Shown here piece after piece: positions 10,075-19,446 of a stretch of 64,000 bases of DNA. The translations under genes were made by a program, and so were the position numbers. Numbering within the stretch: the stretch's first letter is position 1; every line of letters starts with the position of its first letter. The stretch comes from Clostridia bacterium (GTDB lineage Bacteria > Bacillota > Clostridia > UMGS1883). The DNA lies in the NCBI GenBank assembly GCA_045651805.1, contig JAZRTB010000077.1, positions 2,855 through 66,854 on the forward strand, read 5' to 3'. The notes beneath the pieces are model-generated. The model was not told where the DNA came from. It saw only the letters and a program-made list of their open reading frames with translations, and ran no database searches.

Positions 10075-11475
10075 ATGGTTTTTGCAAGTATACCGTTTTT
10101 GTATTATTTTTTGCCTGTTGTATTAATATTGTATTTTATCGCACCGAGAGCGTTTAAAAATACGGTGCTTTTGGTTTCAAGTCTGTTTTTTTATGCATGG
10201 GGAGAACCGAAGTATGTCTTTTTAATGATTATTACCATTCTGGTTAACTATTTTCTTGGGCTGCTTGTGGAAAAATACAGAGGAAAGTCCCTTTCAAAAG
10301 TTTTTGTTATAGCGTCTGTTGTGTTTTCTATAGGGTTGCTAGGATATTTTAAGTATGCAGACTTCTTTATTGAAAACTTTGCACTTGTTACGGGAATGTC
10401 CGTGAAAACTCTTAATATAGTTCTTCCGATTGGAATCAGCTTCTATACTTTTCAGATTTTAAGTTATACTGTAGATGTATATAGGGGAAATGTGGAAGCA
10501 CAGAAAAACCCCATCACCCTTGGTGCGTACATTTCGCTTTTCCCGCAGCTTATTGCAGGCCCCATTGTTCGGTATTCGGACGTGTGTCAGCAGCTTGAGC
10601 AGAGAACTCATTCTTTTGAAAAAGCGGCAGATGGTATACGTCGGTTTGTTATAGGTTTCAGTAAAAAAATAATTCTTGCAAATACACTTGGCGAATTATG
10701 TTCGGGCTTTCTTGCATCTGATGAGAAAGCGGTTATGTTTTATTGGTTGTATGCAATATCGTATATGCTCCAGGTGTATTTTGATTTTTCCGGATACAGC
10801 GATATGGCGATTGGTCTTGGAAAAATCTTCGGATTTGAATTCTGTGAAAACTTCCGATATCCCTTCATATCAAAAAGCATAAGTGAATTCTGGAGACGTT
10901 GGCATATTTCTCTTGGTTCTTGGTTCAGAGATTATGTTTATATTCCTATGGGCGGAAACAGAGTGAATAAACCCAGGTTTTTCCTGAACATATTTACTGT
11001 ATGGTTTCTGACAGGCTTCTGGCATGGCGCGGAGTGGAATTTTATTATATGGGGATTGTACTTTGCAGTGCTTCTTACTGTTGAAAAATTCTTCCTTACA
11101 AGTCGTCTTGAAAAACTTCCTGTATTGAACCATATATATGTCTTGTTTTTAATAGCTATAAGCTTTGTAATATTCAGCGGTAATGGTATGAAAGAGTCAG
11201 TAAGTCTTCTTGGCGGACTTTTCGGTGCAGGTAACATACCTATGTCTTCATCAGCGTTTGTGTATGCCCTTCGTAACTATGGATTTACTATTATAATCGG
11301 ATGCCTTGCGGCGACACCGCTGTTTGCAAAAGTCAAGGAATATATTATGTCAAAAAATAAGATAAGCGTTGTGTATAGCGGGGTGGAGATGCTTGGGCTT
11401 CTTGCATTACTTCTTATCGCTACAGGCTATCTTGCGGACGGCACATTCAATCCGTTCCTGTATTTCAGATTTTAA
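10075..11475 (+). CDS. MBOAT family O-acyltransferase (AlgI/PatA-like)
   Basis: LPIGISFYTFQ, FPQLIAGPIVRY, DFSGYSDMAIG, FWRRWHISL, GFWHGA, NPFLYFRF. Confidence 0.95.
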   Translation: MVFASIPFLYYFLPVVLILYFIAPRAFKNTVLLVSSLFFYAWGEPKYVFLMIITILVNYFLGLLVEKYRGKSLSKVFVIASVVFSIGLLGYFKYADFFIENFALVTGMSVKTLNIVLPIGISFYTFQILSYTVDVYRGNVEAQKNPITLGAYISLFPQLIAGPIVRYSDVCQQLEQRTHSFEKAADGIRRFVIGFSKKIILANTLGELCSGFLASDEKAVMFYWLYAISYMLQVYFDFSGYSDMAIGLGKIFGFEFCENFRYPFISKSISEFWRRWHISLGSWFRDYVYIPMGGNRVNKPRFFLNIFTVWFLTGFWHGAEWNFIIWGLYFAVLLTVEKFFLTSRLEKLPVLNHIYVLFLIAISFVIFSGNGMKESVSLLGGLFGAGNIPMSSSAFVYALRNYGFTIIIGCLAATPLFAKVKEYIMSKNKISVVYSGVEMLGLLALLLIATGYLADGTFNPFLYFRF

Positions 11476-11487
11476 GGAGGAGGCAGT

Positions 11488-12591
11488 ATGAATAAAATTA
11501 AAAGTATTGTTACTGTAGTTTTGTTTTCTGCAGTTCTGTTTTCTCTTTCTGCGATGTGTTATTTTTCAAAGCCCGATAAGTATTCAAACAGCGAGAGGCG
11601 TGAACTAGCTCAAATGCCGAAATTCAACCTTGAGACGATTCAAAATGGCGAGTTTATGTCGAAATTCGAGAATTATACTGCCGATCAGTTTCCTTTCAGG
11701 GATAAGTTCAGAACGGTAAAGGCGTTGTTTTCTTCTGTTGTTATGAATAAGATAGATAATAACAGTGTATTGTTTGTCGGTGGTCATATATCTAAAATTG
11801 ACGACAAAAAAAATGAGTATATGATGGATTACTCTGCTAATCTTTTCAAAAGTATATATGATAAGAATCTAAAAGATTCAGGTGCAAATGTATATTTTTC
11901 TATAGTTCCCGATAAAAACTACTATCTTTCGCAGAAATATTTTTATCCTTCGCTTGATTATGAATCGTTTATAAGCGAAATGAAAAATAAGACGGACTTT
12001 ATGCAGTATATTGATGTTACAGGTCTTTTATCAGAAGATGATTATTATTATACAGATACTCATTGGAGGCAGGAAAAGATTACCGATGTGGCACAGCATA
12101 TTGCAAAAACAATGGGTGCAGATATTTCTGCATCCTACAAAGTAAACACCCTGAATAATCCTTTTGAGGGTGTATATTACGGACAGGGAGCGATTCCTGT
12201 AGAACCTGATACAATCAAATATCTTACAAGTGATAATCTCAGTAATTGTACAGTAACTTATTATGACACGGGTATGCCTGAAAAACGTGAAATGTACAAT
12301 ATGGAAAAAGCATACGGAAAAGATCCGTACGAAATGTTTCTTTCAGGTGTAGCACCGCTTATTGTTATTGATAATCCCAATGCGGATACAAAGAAGGAGC
12401 TCGTTATTTTCAGAGATTCCTTCGGAAGCAGTCTTGCACCGCTTTTAGTGGAAGGGTACAGTAAGGTTACAGTTGTTGACATTCGGTATATGATGAGTTC
12501 GTATGTAGGTAATTTTGTGAAATTCGATAATAGTGATGTACTTTTCATTTACAGTACAACACTATTGAATAATAGTCTTGCTATGAAATAA
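11488..12591 (+). CDS. DHHW-family (AlgJ/AlgX/PatB-like) extracellular O-acetyltransferase
   Basis: N-terminal anchor, ERRELA, DQFPFRD, YYTDTHW, FRDSFG, VDIRY. Confidence 0.9.
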   Translation: MNKIKSIVTVVLFSAVLFSLSAMCYFSKPDKYSNSERRELAQMPKFNLETIQNGEFMSKFENYTADQFPFRDKFRTVKALFSSVVMNKIDNNSVLFVGGHISKIDDKKNEYMMDYSANLFKSIYDKNLKDSGANVYFSIVPDKNYYLSQKYFYPSLDYESFISEMKNKTDFMQYIDVTGLLSEDDYYYTDTHWRQEKITDVAQHIAKTMGADISASYKVNTLNNPFEGVYYGQGAIPVEPDTIKYLTSDNLSNCTVTYYDTGMPEKREMYNMEKAYGKDPYEMFLSGVAPLIVIDNPNADTKKELVIFRDSFGSSLAPLLVEGYSKVTVVDIRYMMSSYVGNFVKFDNSDVLFIYSTTLLNNSLAMK

Positions 12592-12603
12592 TAGAAAGGC
12601 AAC

Positions 12604-12643
12604 AAAAAATTCGCGTAATACACCGGTATTACGCGAATTTTTT
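12604..12643. terminator. Bidirectional intrinsic terminator between convergent genes
   Basis: AAAAAATTCGCGTAATAC-accg-GTATTACGCGAATTTTTT. Confidence 0.9.
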
Positions 12644-12645
12644 TA

Positions 12646-13635
12646 CTATAGTTCAATTTTATAGTCTGATATTTCCGGATGAACACCTTTTTCCTGATAG
12701 CCTGGTCTGTCGGGCAAAATGCCATACATCCATTCGGTAGTGCTACCTTCAATTTCAATTGATTTATCGGTTATTGTAACAATTGCACTTAAAGGCTTAT
12801 CGTACATAAATATACTTGAACCGTATTCCAGTTCCGAAAGAGGAATGTTTTTCACAGAAAGCTTATTGCCGTCTTTATATTCGGTGTAAGGAAATGTGTG
12901 GTTTTCCTTATAATGATTTTCTGTCGAATAACGTGAGAAACCTACTTTTGCGGTGTTAAGGTCAAGATAACATACACCGTTTTTCTTTATAAAATGGTCT
13001 GTATGATAATGTCCGTTGATTGCAAGAATTACCGTTCCGGGATATTTTTCAAACAAACTGACAACCTTGTTACCGTCGGGGGACTTCACTTTTGCGGCAT
13101 CTGAAAAACCGTCGTGTGCAATAACAATTACCTTTAAACCTTTGTCGTGGGCATCGCACAAAACTTCATCGAGCCAATCAATCTGTTTTGGAGCCAAACT
13201 TCTGGAATACAGATTTCCTTTTCTGCAGTTGAAATCCGTGTCGTGTTCCCACTCATTTGTTTCGGGGTTGAAAGAGTAATTGGAGTCAAGCCCTATAATG
13301 CGATATTCTTTAATATCGGTGTACCAATATGCGTTATCATCTGCAAAAACAACATCTCGGTTATTTAGACGTTCTTTGACATACTCCGTAGTATTTTCGT
13401 GTTCAAGGTCGTGATTCCCGATAACTCCGTAACAGGGGAGATTGTGGTTGTTTTTAAGATATTCATTGATAATTTCGGGTGAATTTTTGAAGTCACCGCA
13501 AAAGTCACCTGCATGAATTATAAAATCCACGTTATTTTCATTTGCCCTGTCTATTATTTCGGTAAGGTCTTCAACTGTGGTTGAAAACCTCATTTTTTCA
13601 TAATGAAAATCTGCAAATGCAAGAAATTTAAGCAT
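12646..13635 (-). CDS. Calcineurin-like metallophosphoesterase
   Basis: ADFH, AGD, GNHD, AHD, GHYH motifs. Confidence 0.92.
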   Translation of the reverse strand: MLKFLAFADFHYEKMRFSTTVEDLTEIIDRANENNVDFIIHAGDFCGDFKNSPEIINEYLKNNHNLPCYGVIGNHDLEHENTTEYVKERLNNRDVVFADDNAYWYTDIKEYRIIGLDSNYSFNPETNEWEHDTDFNCRKGNLYSRSLAPKQIDWLDEVLCDAHDKGLKVIVIAHDGFSDAAKVKSPDGNKVVSLFEKYPGTVILAINGHYHTDHFIKKNGVCYLDLNTAKVGFSRYSTENHYKENHTFPYTEYKDGNKLSVKNIPLSELEYGSSIFMYDKPLSAIVTITDKSIEIEGSTTEWMYGILPDRPGYQEKGVHPEISDYKIEL

Positions 13636-15514
13636 AGGTAATTTCCTCGATTTCTACATATTCTTTAAATTCGTCTTTAACTGTTATTTCTACCTTTGAA
13701 ACAGGTTTATCTGACGGAATAACATATTTATAAAGCACTCTATCTCCGCAGAAAATAAGACCTGTACTGTAACCTGTATCAAGAATTCTGCGGTCTGTTT
13801 TGTTACTGTAACACCAGTCCTGTTCTTCATAAGTACGGCTGATACGGTCAAAACCTATTGTCTTACTGTATTCCATGGGTATGGATTCGGTAGTTCCGTC
13901 TTCATAGCAGATCTCATAAGAGCCGATAATATTCGCATTCTTGTCAACCTCAAGGCCGTCAACATACCACTTGAAAGGAATATCCTTTGTAAATGCGTGT
14001 ATGATTTCTGCCTTGTGTGGTGCGTTTGCAATACGGTAATTCAAAAGACTTTCCGACGCTTTTGTAAGATTTTCGTCAACGGCAAACTCATCATAATCAT
14101 TATTCCACATAATCATAGCGGAAAGTGCCATTTCAAGATAAACGCCATTGCGATGAATGTGAAGCTCATCTACTTTACTCCAGTTTGAAAGTCCGATTCC
14201 GTGAACACCTGCATCAAGCCTTTTTACGATGTTTTTAACACGAAGAGGCTCAAAATTACAAAATGACATCTTGAAATCTCTTTCAAGAAAATCTTTATCA
14301 TATATTTCATTAATGCTCCAGTACCAGTTGAGCATTTCAATATCTTTCGGAAGCTTGTCACGGACAACGTACAAAGCATCCTGATGACCAAGATATTCAT
14401 TTGTAATGTGGCTTGTGATGTCGTGTTCAGCCCCTGCCATCTTCTGACCATTTTTAAACACGCAGTCGATAAGCTGTTCGCACCACATCATAGTGCCTAC
14501 ACCTTTATCTTTGAGGAAATTGTAAATCTTCATTATATCCTCGTAATAAAGTGTGTCAAGCGTTTTTTCTTTACAACTGTGGCAAAGCTTGCAGGAAAGT
14601 GCCATAAGCTCATCGTGACCTATGTTTAACCTCTTTGGCTTGAAAACATCAATGATTTCTGTCAACAAATCAAAAAGCAGTTTGTAAGTATCAGGATTTG
14701 ACGGACAGTATGTGTCGGGGTAAAGGTCATCCTTCCACTCGGCAAGCTCTCTGTGGCGTGTTAAAAGGTAGTCGCTGTGTGAAAATGAAGGCATTTCAGG
14801 GATAACCTCAAGATAACGACTTTCGCAGTAGTCAATCAGGTCGCGCATTTCGGATTGTGTAAGAATTTCGCCACCACAATTTTCACAATGAATGGAATTT
14901 TTATAATGAGTTTCTTTTGCGCGTTGGTCCTTAAAAGGAAAGTAAGGAAACTTATCAGGATTATTTATTCCTTCAGACGCTTCACGGCTATATTCAATCC
15001 AACCCTCGTTGACTTCGGGATGAGATTTATATTCCATAGCACCGCCGACTTCAAGCATTATAGCGTTATATCCGTAAAAAGCACACATATCGATGAACTT
15101 TTTAAAGAACGGAATATTCTCGTGCGAAGGCAGGTAAAGCTTAATCATTCTGAACGGAAGGCGGGGATAGTTATATACTATTCCTTCGCCGATACCATTC
15201 AGGCATCTTTCTCTCAGACTTAATAATCCATAGAAACAACCACGTTCATTATCTGAATATATTGTGATTTTTTTGCTGGTTATTTTAATAATATAACTAT
15301 CTTCAATAGATTTATAATCTATTGAAAAAGCAGCTTTAATATTTGCTTTTATTTCGTCAGGAACATTGAAAATACATTCGATTTCATTTATCGTTCCGTC
15401 GGGACATGCTATTATAGGAAGAATTTCGCAAATATCGTCAATTCCTTTAAAAATAACGTTATTGCTGATGTAAAACTTCTTGTCATCAGTTTTTGTATAT
15501 CTGTCAAGTAACAT
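13628..15514 (-). CDS. GH20-family N-acetylhexosaminidase-like protein, no signal peptide
   Basis: GH20b-like N-domain (DSYIIKI..RGCFYGL), IPEMPSFSH, YCPSNP, catalytic NIGHDE; RBS AAGGGAG favours ATG 15514. Confidence 0.85.
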   Translation of the reverse strand: MLLDRYTKTDDKKFYISNNVIFKGIDDICEILPIIACPDGTINEIECIFNVPDEIKANIKAAFSIDYKSIEDSYIIKITSKKITIYSDNERGCFYGLLSLRERCLNGIGEGIVYNYPRLPFRMIKLYLPSHENIPFFKKFIDMCAFYGYNAIMLEVGGAMEYKSHPEVNEGWIEYSREASEGINNPDKFPYFPFKDQRAKETHYKNSIHCENCGGEILTQSEMRDLIDYCESRYLEVIPEMPSFSHSDYLLTRHRELAEWKDDLYPDTYCPSNPDTYKLLFDLLTEIIDVFKPKRLNIGHDELMALSCKLCHSCKEKTLDTLYYEDIMKIYNFLKDKGVGTMMWCEQLIDCVFKNGQKMAGAEHDITSHITNEYLGHQDALYVVRDKLPKDIEMLNWYWSINEIYDKDFLERDFKMSFCNFEPLRVKNIVKRLDAGVHGIGLSNWSKVDELHIHRNGVYLEMALSAMIMWNNDYDEFAVDENLTKASESLLNYRIANAPHKAEIIHAFTKDIPFKWYVDGLEVDKNANIIGSYEICYEDGTTESIPMEYSKTIGFDRISRTYEEQDWCYSNKTDRRILDTGYSTGLIFCGDRVLYKYVIPSDKPVSKVEITVKDEFKEYVEIEEITYA

Positions 15515-15535
15515 TTCTATCAACTCCCTTTTAAT

Positions 15536-15563
15536 ATTATAAACTATATAATATTATTGTCAA
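15536..15563 (-). promoter_or_regulatory. sigmaA promoter of the GH20-phosphoesterase operon
   Basis: TTGACA (15563-15558)-16 bp-TATAAT (15541-15536) on the minus strand. Confidence 0.65.
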
Positions 15564-15565
15564 GT

Positions 15566-15600
15566 GACAAAAAGTGCACGACAGGACAAAAAGTGCACGA
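15566..15600. repeat. Perfect 16-bp direct repeat, putative operator
   Basis: GACAAAAAGTGCACGA at 15566-15581 and 15585-15600. Confidence 0.85.
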
Positions 15601-15666
15601 TAGCAATTTTTGTACCATAAGATAGCAAAAAATGGACTTGTTTTCTTTGCTTTCGGATGCTAATAT
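15601..15666 (+). promoter_or_regulatory. Promoter of the oxidoreductase operon with an upstream imperfect direct repeat
   Basis: TAGCAATTTTTGTAC / TAGCAAAAAATGGAC (22-bp period) abutting TTGTTT-17-TAATAT with extended TG. Confidence 0.5.
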
Positions 15667-15702
15667 AGTTATAAACAAAATAAATTTTTGGAGGTATTTA
15701 TT

Positions 15703-16752
15703 ATGAAAATTGGTATTATTGGTTGCGGTACAATCGCAAACGGTCAGCACATTCCGGCGTATATGGAAAATCCCAAGGCAGAAATTAAGTATTTCTGCGA
15801 TATTATCCCTGAAAGAGCAGAAGCAGCTGTAGAAAAAAATGGTTGCGGTATTGCGGTAACAGATTATAAGGAAGTTATCAATGATCCTGAAGTTGATGCA
15901 ATTTCAGTTTGTACTCCCAACAAGATGCATTCAATAATCACTATTGAAGCTCTTAAAGCAGGCAAGCACGTTCTTTGCGAAAAGCCTGCTGCACGTATCT
16001 ATTCAGAAGCTCTTGAAATGCAGAAGGCACAGCACGAAACAGGTAAAGTTCTTAACATCGGTGTTTGTAACCGTTTCAATGCAAGTGTTAACAAAATTAA
16101 GGAATTAATTGACAATGGCGAACTCGGTGAAGTTTACCACGTTTATGCAAGCTTCCGCAGTCACAGAAGTATTCCCGGCCTTGGTGGTGCTTTCACAACC
16201 AATGAAATCGCCGGGGGCGGTGTTATGATTGACTGGGGCGTACATTTCTTTGATCTTATAATGTATTGCTGTGGCGATCCCCAGCCCAAGACAGTTACAG
16301 GTGAAACCTTCTCAAAACTTGGTTCTCCCATTGAAGATTATACATATGAATATATGTGGGCAGGTCCTCCCGTAAAGGACGGCATCTACGACGTTGAAGA
16401 AGGCGTAACAGGTATGATTCGTACTGAAGGACCTATCATCACATTCAACGGTGCATGGGCACAGAACATCGGTGAAGATGAAATGTTCGTTGACTTTATG
16501 GGTACAAAAGGCGGTGTCCGTCTCAGATACGGTAAGGACTTTACATTCTACACAACAAAGAACGGAATGCTTTCAACAACTACATTCAAGTATGATATGC
16601 CCAGCATGTACAAGAAAGAAATCAACGCATTTCTTGATTGTATTGAAAGCGGTGAAAAGCTTACTGCACATATTGATACAAACATCATTACTGCAAAGAT
16701 GATGGATGCTATTTACCGTAGTGCAAAGGAGCATAAGGAGGTAACATTATGA
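15703..16752 (+). CDS. Gfo/Idh/MocA family NAD-dependent oxidoreductase
   Basis: IGIIGCGTIA, CEKP, GGGVMIDWGVH; RBS GGAGG before ATG 15703. Confidence 0.95.
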   Translation: MKIGIIGCGTIANGQHIPAYMENPKAEIKYFCDIIPERAEAAVEKNGCGIAVTDYKEVINDPEVDAISVCTPNKMHSIITIEALKAGKHVLCEKPAARIYSEALEMQKAQHETGKVLNIGVCNRFNASVNKIKELIDNGELGEVYHVYASFRSHRSIPGLGGAFTTNEIAGGGVMIDWGVHFFDLIMYCCGDPQPKTVTGETFSKLGSPIEDYTYEYMWAGPPVKDGIYDVEEGVTGMIRTEGPIITFNGAWAQNIGEDEMFVDFMGTKGGVRLRYGKDFTFYTTKNGMLSTTTFKYDMPSMYKKEINAFLDCIESGEKLTAHIDTNIITAKMMDAIYRSAKEHKEVTL

Positions 16753-17582
16753 AAATAGTTGGTTTTATTGACTATTATCTTGATGAGTGGCACGCTAATA
16801 ACTACCCTCGCATTATCAACGAACTTACAGAGGGTGAATTTCAGGTAAAATATGCTTACGGTAAGATTGACAGTCCTATCGGCGGCATTACAAATACAGA
16901 ATGGGCAGCACAGCAGGGAGTAGAACTTCTCGATACTATCGAAGAAGTAATTGCAAAGAGTGATGTTCTCGTTGTTCTTTCTCCCGATAACCCCGAAATG
17001 CATGAGGAGCTTTGTGACCTTCCGCTTAAATCAGGAAAGCTTGTGTATGTAGATAAGACATTTGCACCTGATAAGGAAACTGCTATCCGTATTTTTGAAA
17101 ATGCTGAAAAACACGGAACAACTTGTTTCTCAAGCTCTGCACTTCGCTTTGTAACAGAACTTAAAGAAGTTGACAAGGATAAAATCTTCAAGATTCATTC
17201 CGAGGGTCCCGGTACTTACGACATGTATTCAATTCATCAGATTGAACCTATCGTTATGCTTATGAACTGTCGTGCAAAGAGAGTTATGGGTCTTGGTGAT
17301 ATAGAGCATCCTTCGCTTCTTATTGAATTTGAAGACGGTAGGCTTGCACAGATGCACCATTCAAATGATATTAAATTTAAAATCAGAACTGTTGACAAGG
17401 ATAATAATCCTACAGATTACACTATCCTTTCAAAATACTTCAACCTCTTTATGGAAGCGCTTGTTGAGTTCTTCAAGACAGGTAAAATCCCTGTTGAACA
17501 CAGTCAGACAATTGACGTAATTGCTATCCGTGAAGCGGGACAGAGAGCGCTTAAGAAGCCTTTTGAATGGATAGAACTTTAA
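16749..17582 (+). CDS. Atypical Gfo/Idh/MocA-like protein
   Basis: Rossmann-like N-terminus without GxGxxG, VYVDKT in place of CEKP, SSALRF, YSIH. Confidence 0.7.
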   Translation: MKIVGFIDYYLDEWHANNYPRIINELTEGEFQVKYAYGKIDSPIGGITNTEWAAQQGVELLDTIEEVIAKSDVLVVLSPDNPEMHEELCDLPLKSGKLVYVDKTFAPDKETAIRIFENAEKHGTTCFSSSALRFVTELKEVDKDKIFKIHSEGPGTYDMYSIHQIEPIVMLMNCRAKRVMGLGDIEHPSLLIEFEDGRLAQMHHSNDIKFKIRTVDKDNNPTDYTILSKYFNLFMEALVEFFKTGKIPVEHSQTIDVIAIREAGQRALKKPFEWIEL

Positions 17583-17597
17583 TAAAGAAGGTTAATT

Positions 17598-18608
17598 ATG
17601 GCAAATACTATTTATAATGTCGCACTCATCGGCTGTGGTTCGATGGGTGCGGCACACCTTGATGACATAAGGTTTATGGAAAATGTCTGCATCAAATGTG
17701 TATGCGATTTAAATATTGAAACTGCAGAGCGTTTTAAGAGAATTTATCATGCGGACTATGCCGATACTGATTTTCGTGTAAGCGTTTCAAGAAAGGATAT
17801 TGACATTGTAATTATTTGTACATATCCTTCCACACATCTTGAAATACTTCGTGAATGTATAAAAAACGGCAAGCACGTAGTCTGCGAAAAACCTATTGCG
17901 GACAACCTTGAAAGCGGAAAAGAAGCGGTAAAACTTATTCGTGAAAATCCGCAGTGTAAGGTTCTTATCGGCTATATTTTAAGACATAATGATACCTATA
18001 ACAAGGTAGCCGAAATGATTCAAAACGATGCTGTTGGAAAACCGATAGTTATGCGTATGACACAGAATCACCACACAATGAACTGGAATAAGTATCTTAA
18101 TCTTATAAAAGATACATCTCCGATAATTGACTGCGGTGTTCATTATATTGATGTTATGCGATGGTTTACCGGTGAGGATATTGTTGAAGTTTCGGGAATT
18201 GGTGCCCGTACAGAAGCAGATGTTCCTGAAAATACATATAATTACGGACTTATGACGGCTAAACTTTCCGGTGGTTCTGTAGCTTATTACGAAGCAGGTT
18301 GGAGTAATACTATTGCTGCTGAAAATGTAAAAGAGTTTGTAGGTCCTAGAGGGAGAATTCGAATTGTGCTTCAGATGAATCGTAGTGAAAATTCAGAGGA
18401 GGGCGACCTCATCGAATATTATACATATCCTGAAAAACGCTATGAAATGATTAATGTAAACTGTAAACGTAAGCCTACAGGTGCACAGCTTCAGACCCTT
18501 ATCGATATGATTGAAGGAAAAGGGGAAGCGAGCCCCTCTGTTGAAGATATGTGGGAAAGCTTCTTTTGGGCTTGCGAAGCTGACAGCGCTATTAAAAGTA
18601 AACTGTGA
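17598..18608 (+). CDS. Gfo/Idh/MocA family oxidoreductase
   Basis: ALIGCGSMG, CEKP, DCGVHYID. Confidence 0.93.
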   Translation: MANTIYNVALIGCGSMGAAHLDDIRFMENVCIKCVCDLNIETAERFKRIYHADYADTDFRVSVSRKDIDIVIICTYPSTHLEILRECIKNGKHVVCEKPIADNLESGKEAVKLIRENPQCKVLIGYILRHNDTYNKVAEMIQNDAVGKPIVMRMTQNHHTMNWNKYLNLIKDTSPIIDCGVHYIDVMRWFTGEDIVEVSGIGARTEADVPENTYNYGLMTAKLSGGSVAYYEAGWSNTIAAENVKEFVGPRGRIRIVLQMNRSENSEEGDLIEYYTYPEKRYEMINVNCKRKPTGAQLQTLIDMIEGKGEASPSVEDMWESFFWACEADSAIKSKL

Positions 18609-18623
18609 AACGAGGAATATATT

Positions 18624-19435
18624 ATGAAAATAACATATCTTGGCACAGCTGCGGCTGAAGGATTTCCTGCAGTATTCTGTAATTGCAGACATTGTGTTGA
18701 TGCCCGTAAACTTGGCGGAAAGAATATTCGTACAAGAAGTCAGGCGATTATAAATGATGATTTGCTGCTTGATATTCCTGCGGATACATATCATCATTTC
18801 CTTACAAATAATATTGAGGGAGATAAGATTGAAAACTTGTTGATTTCTCATTCACATGGCGACCATTTCTATCTGAAGGAGCTCGAAATGCACAGCGGTG
18901 CTTTTGCAAAGGAAATGCGTGTGCCGACGCTTAATGTATATTGCGGTCAAGGCGTGTATGATATTATTTCGGCAAATCTGTATGCAAATATAAATCCTAA
19001 TAAAATTGACATTTTTAAAACTGAATCTGTCGGAAAGTACCGCGTAACATCGTTTCCCGCAATCATTTTTACGGTGATGATGCACGTTTTTATCTGATTG
19101 AAGGGGAAAAGACAGTTCTTTACGCTCACGACACAGGATTTTTCTATGACGAAGTATTTGAATATCTCAAAGAAAATAATGTGAAGATTGATTTAATCAG
19201 TATGGATTGTACCAATATTGATATTCCTATCGAGGATATTCATCCCCATATGGGTATTCCTAATATCAACAGACTTGTTGAAAATCTTACAATAATGGGT
19301 GTTATAGATAAAAACACTATAAAGGTTATAAACCATTTTTCCCACAATGCGCGTCCGATACATCACGAACTTGAAGAACGAGTAAAAGACTATGGATACA
19401 TAGTTTCTTACGACGGACTCACAATTGAAATATAA
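18624..19435 (+). pseudogene. PhnP-like metallo-beta-lactamase-fold hydrolase split by a single-base frameshift near 19060
   Basis: LGTAAAEG, CNCRHC and SHSHGDH in the first frame; the shifted frame continues NHFYGDDARFYLIEGEKTVLYAHDTG...DCT...HMG...NHFSH...YDG; 812 nt, one short of a 270-aa gene. Confidence 0.85.
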
Positions 19436-19446
19436 GGAGGAAGATT

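Noticed and set aside
19051-19080. Programmed -1 ribosomal frameshift in the MBL gene
   Set aside because: There is no X XXY YYZ slippery heptamer before the His codon that must be restored and no obvious stimulatory structure; a point deletion or assembly error is simpler.
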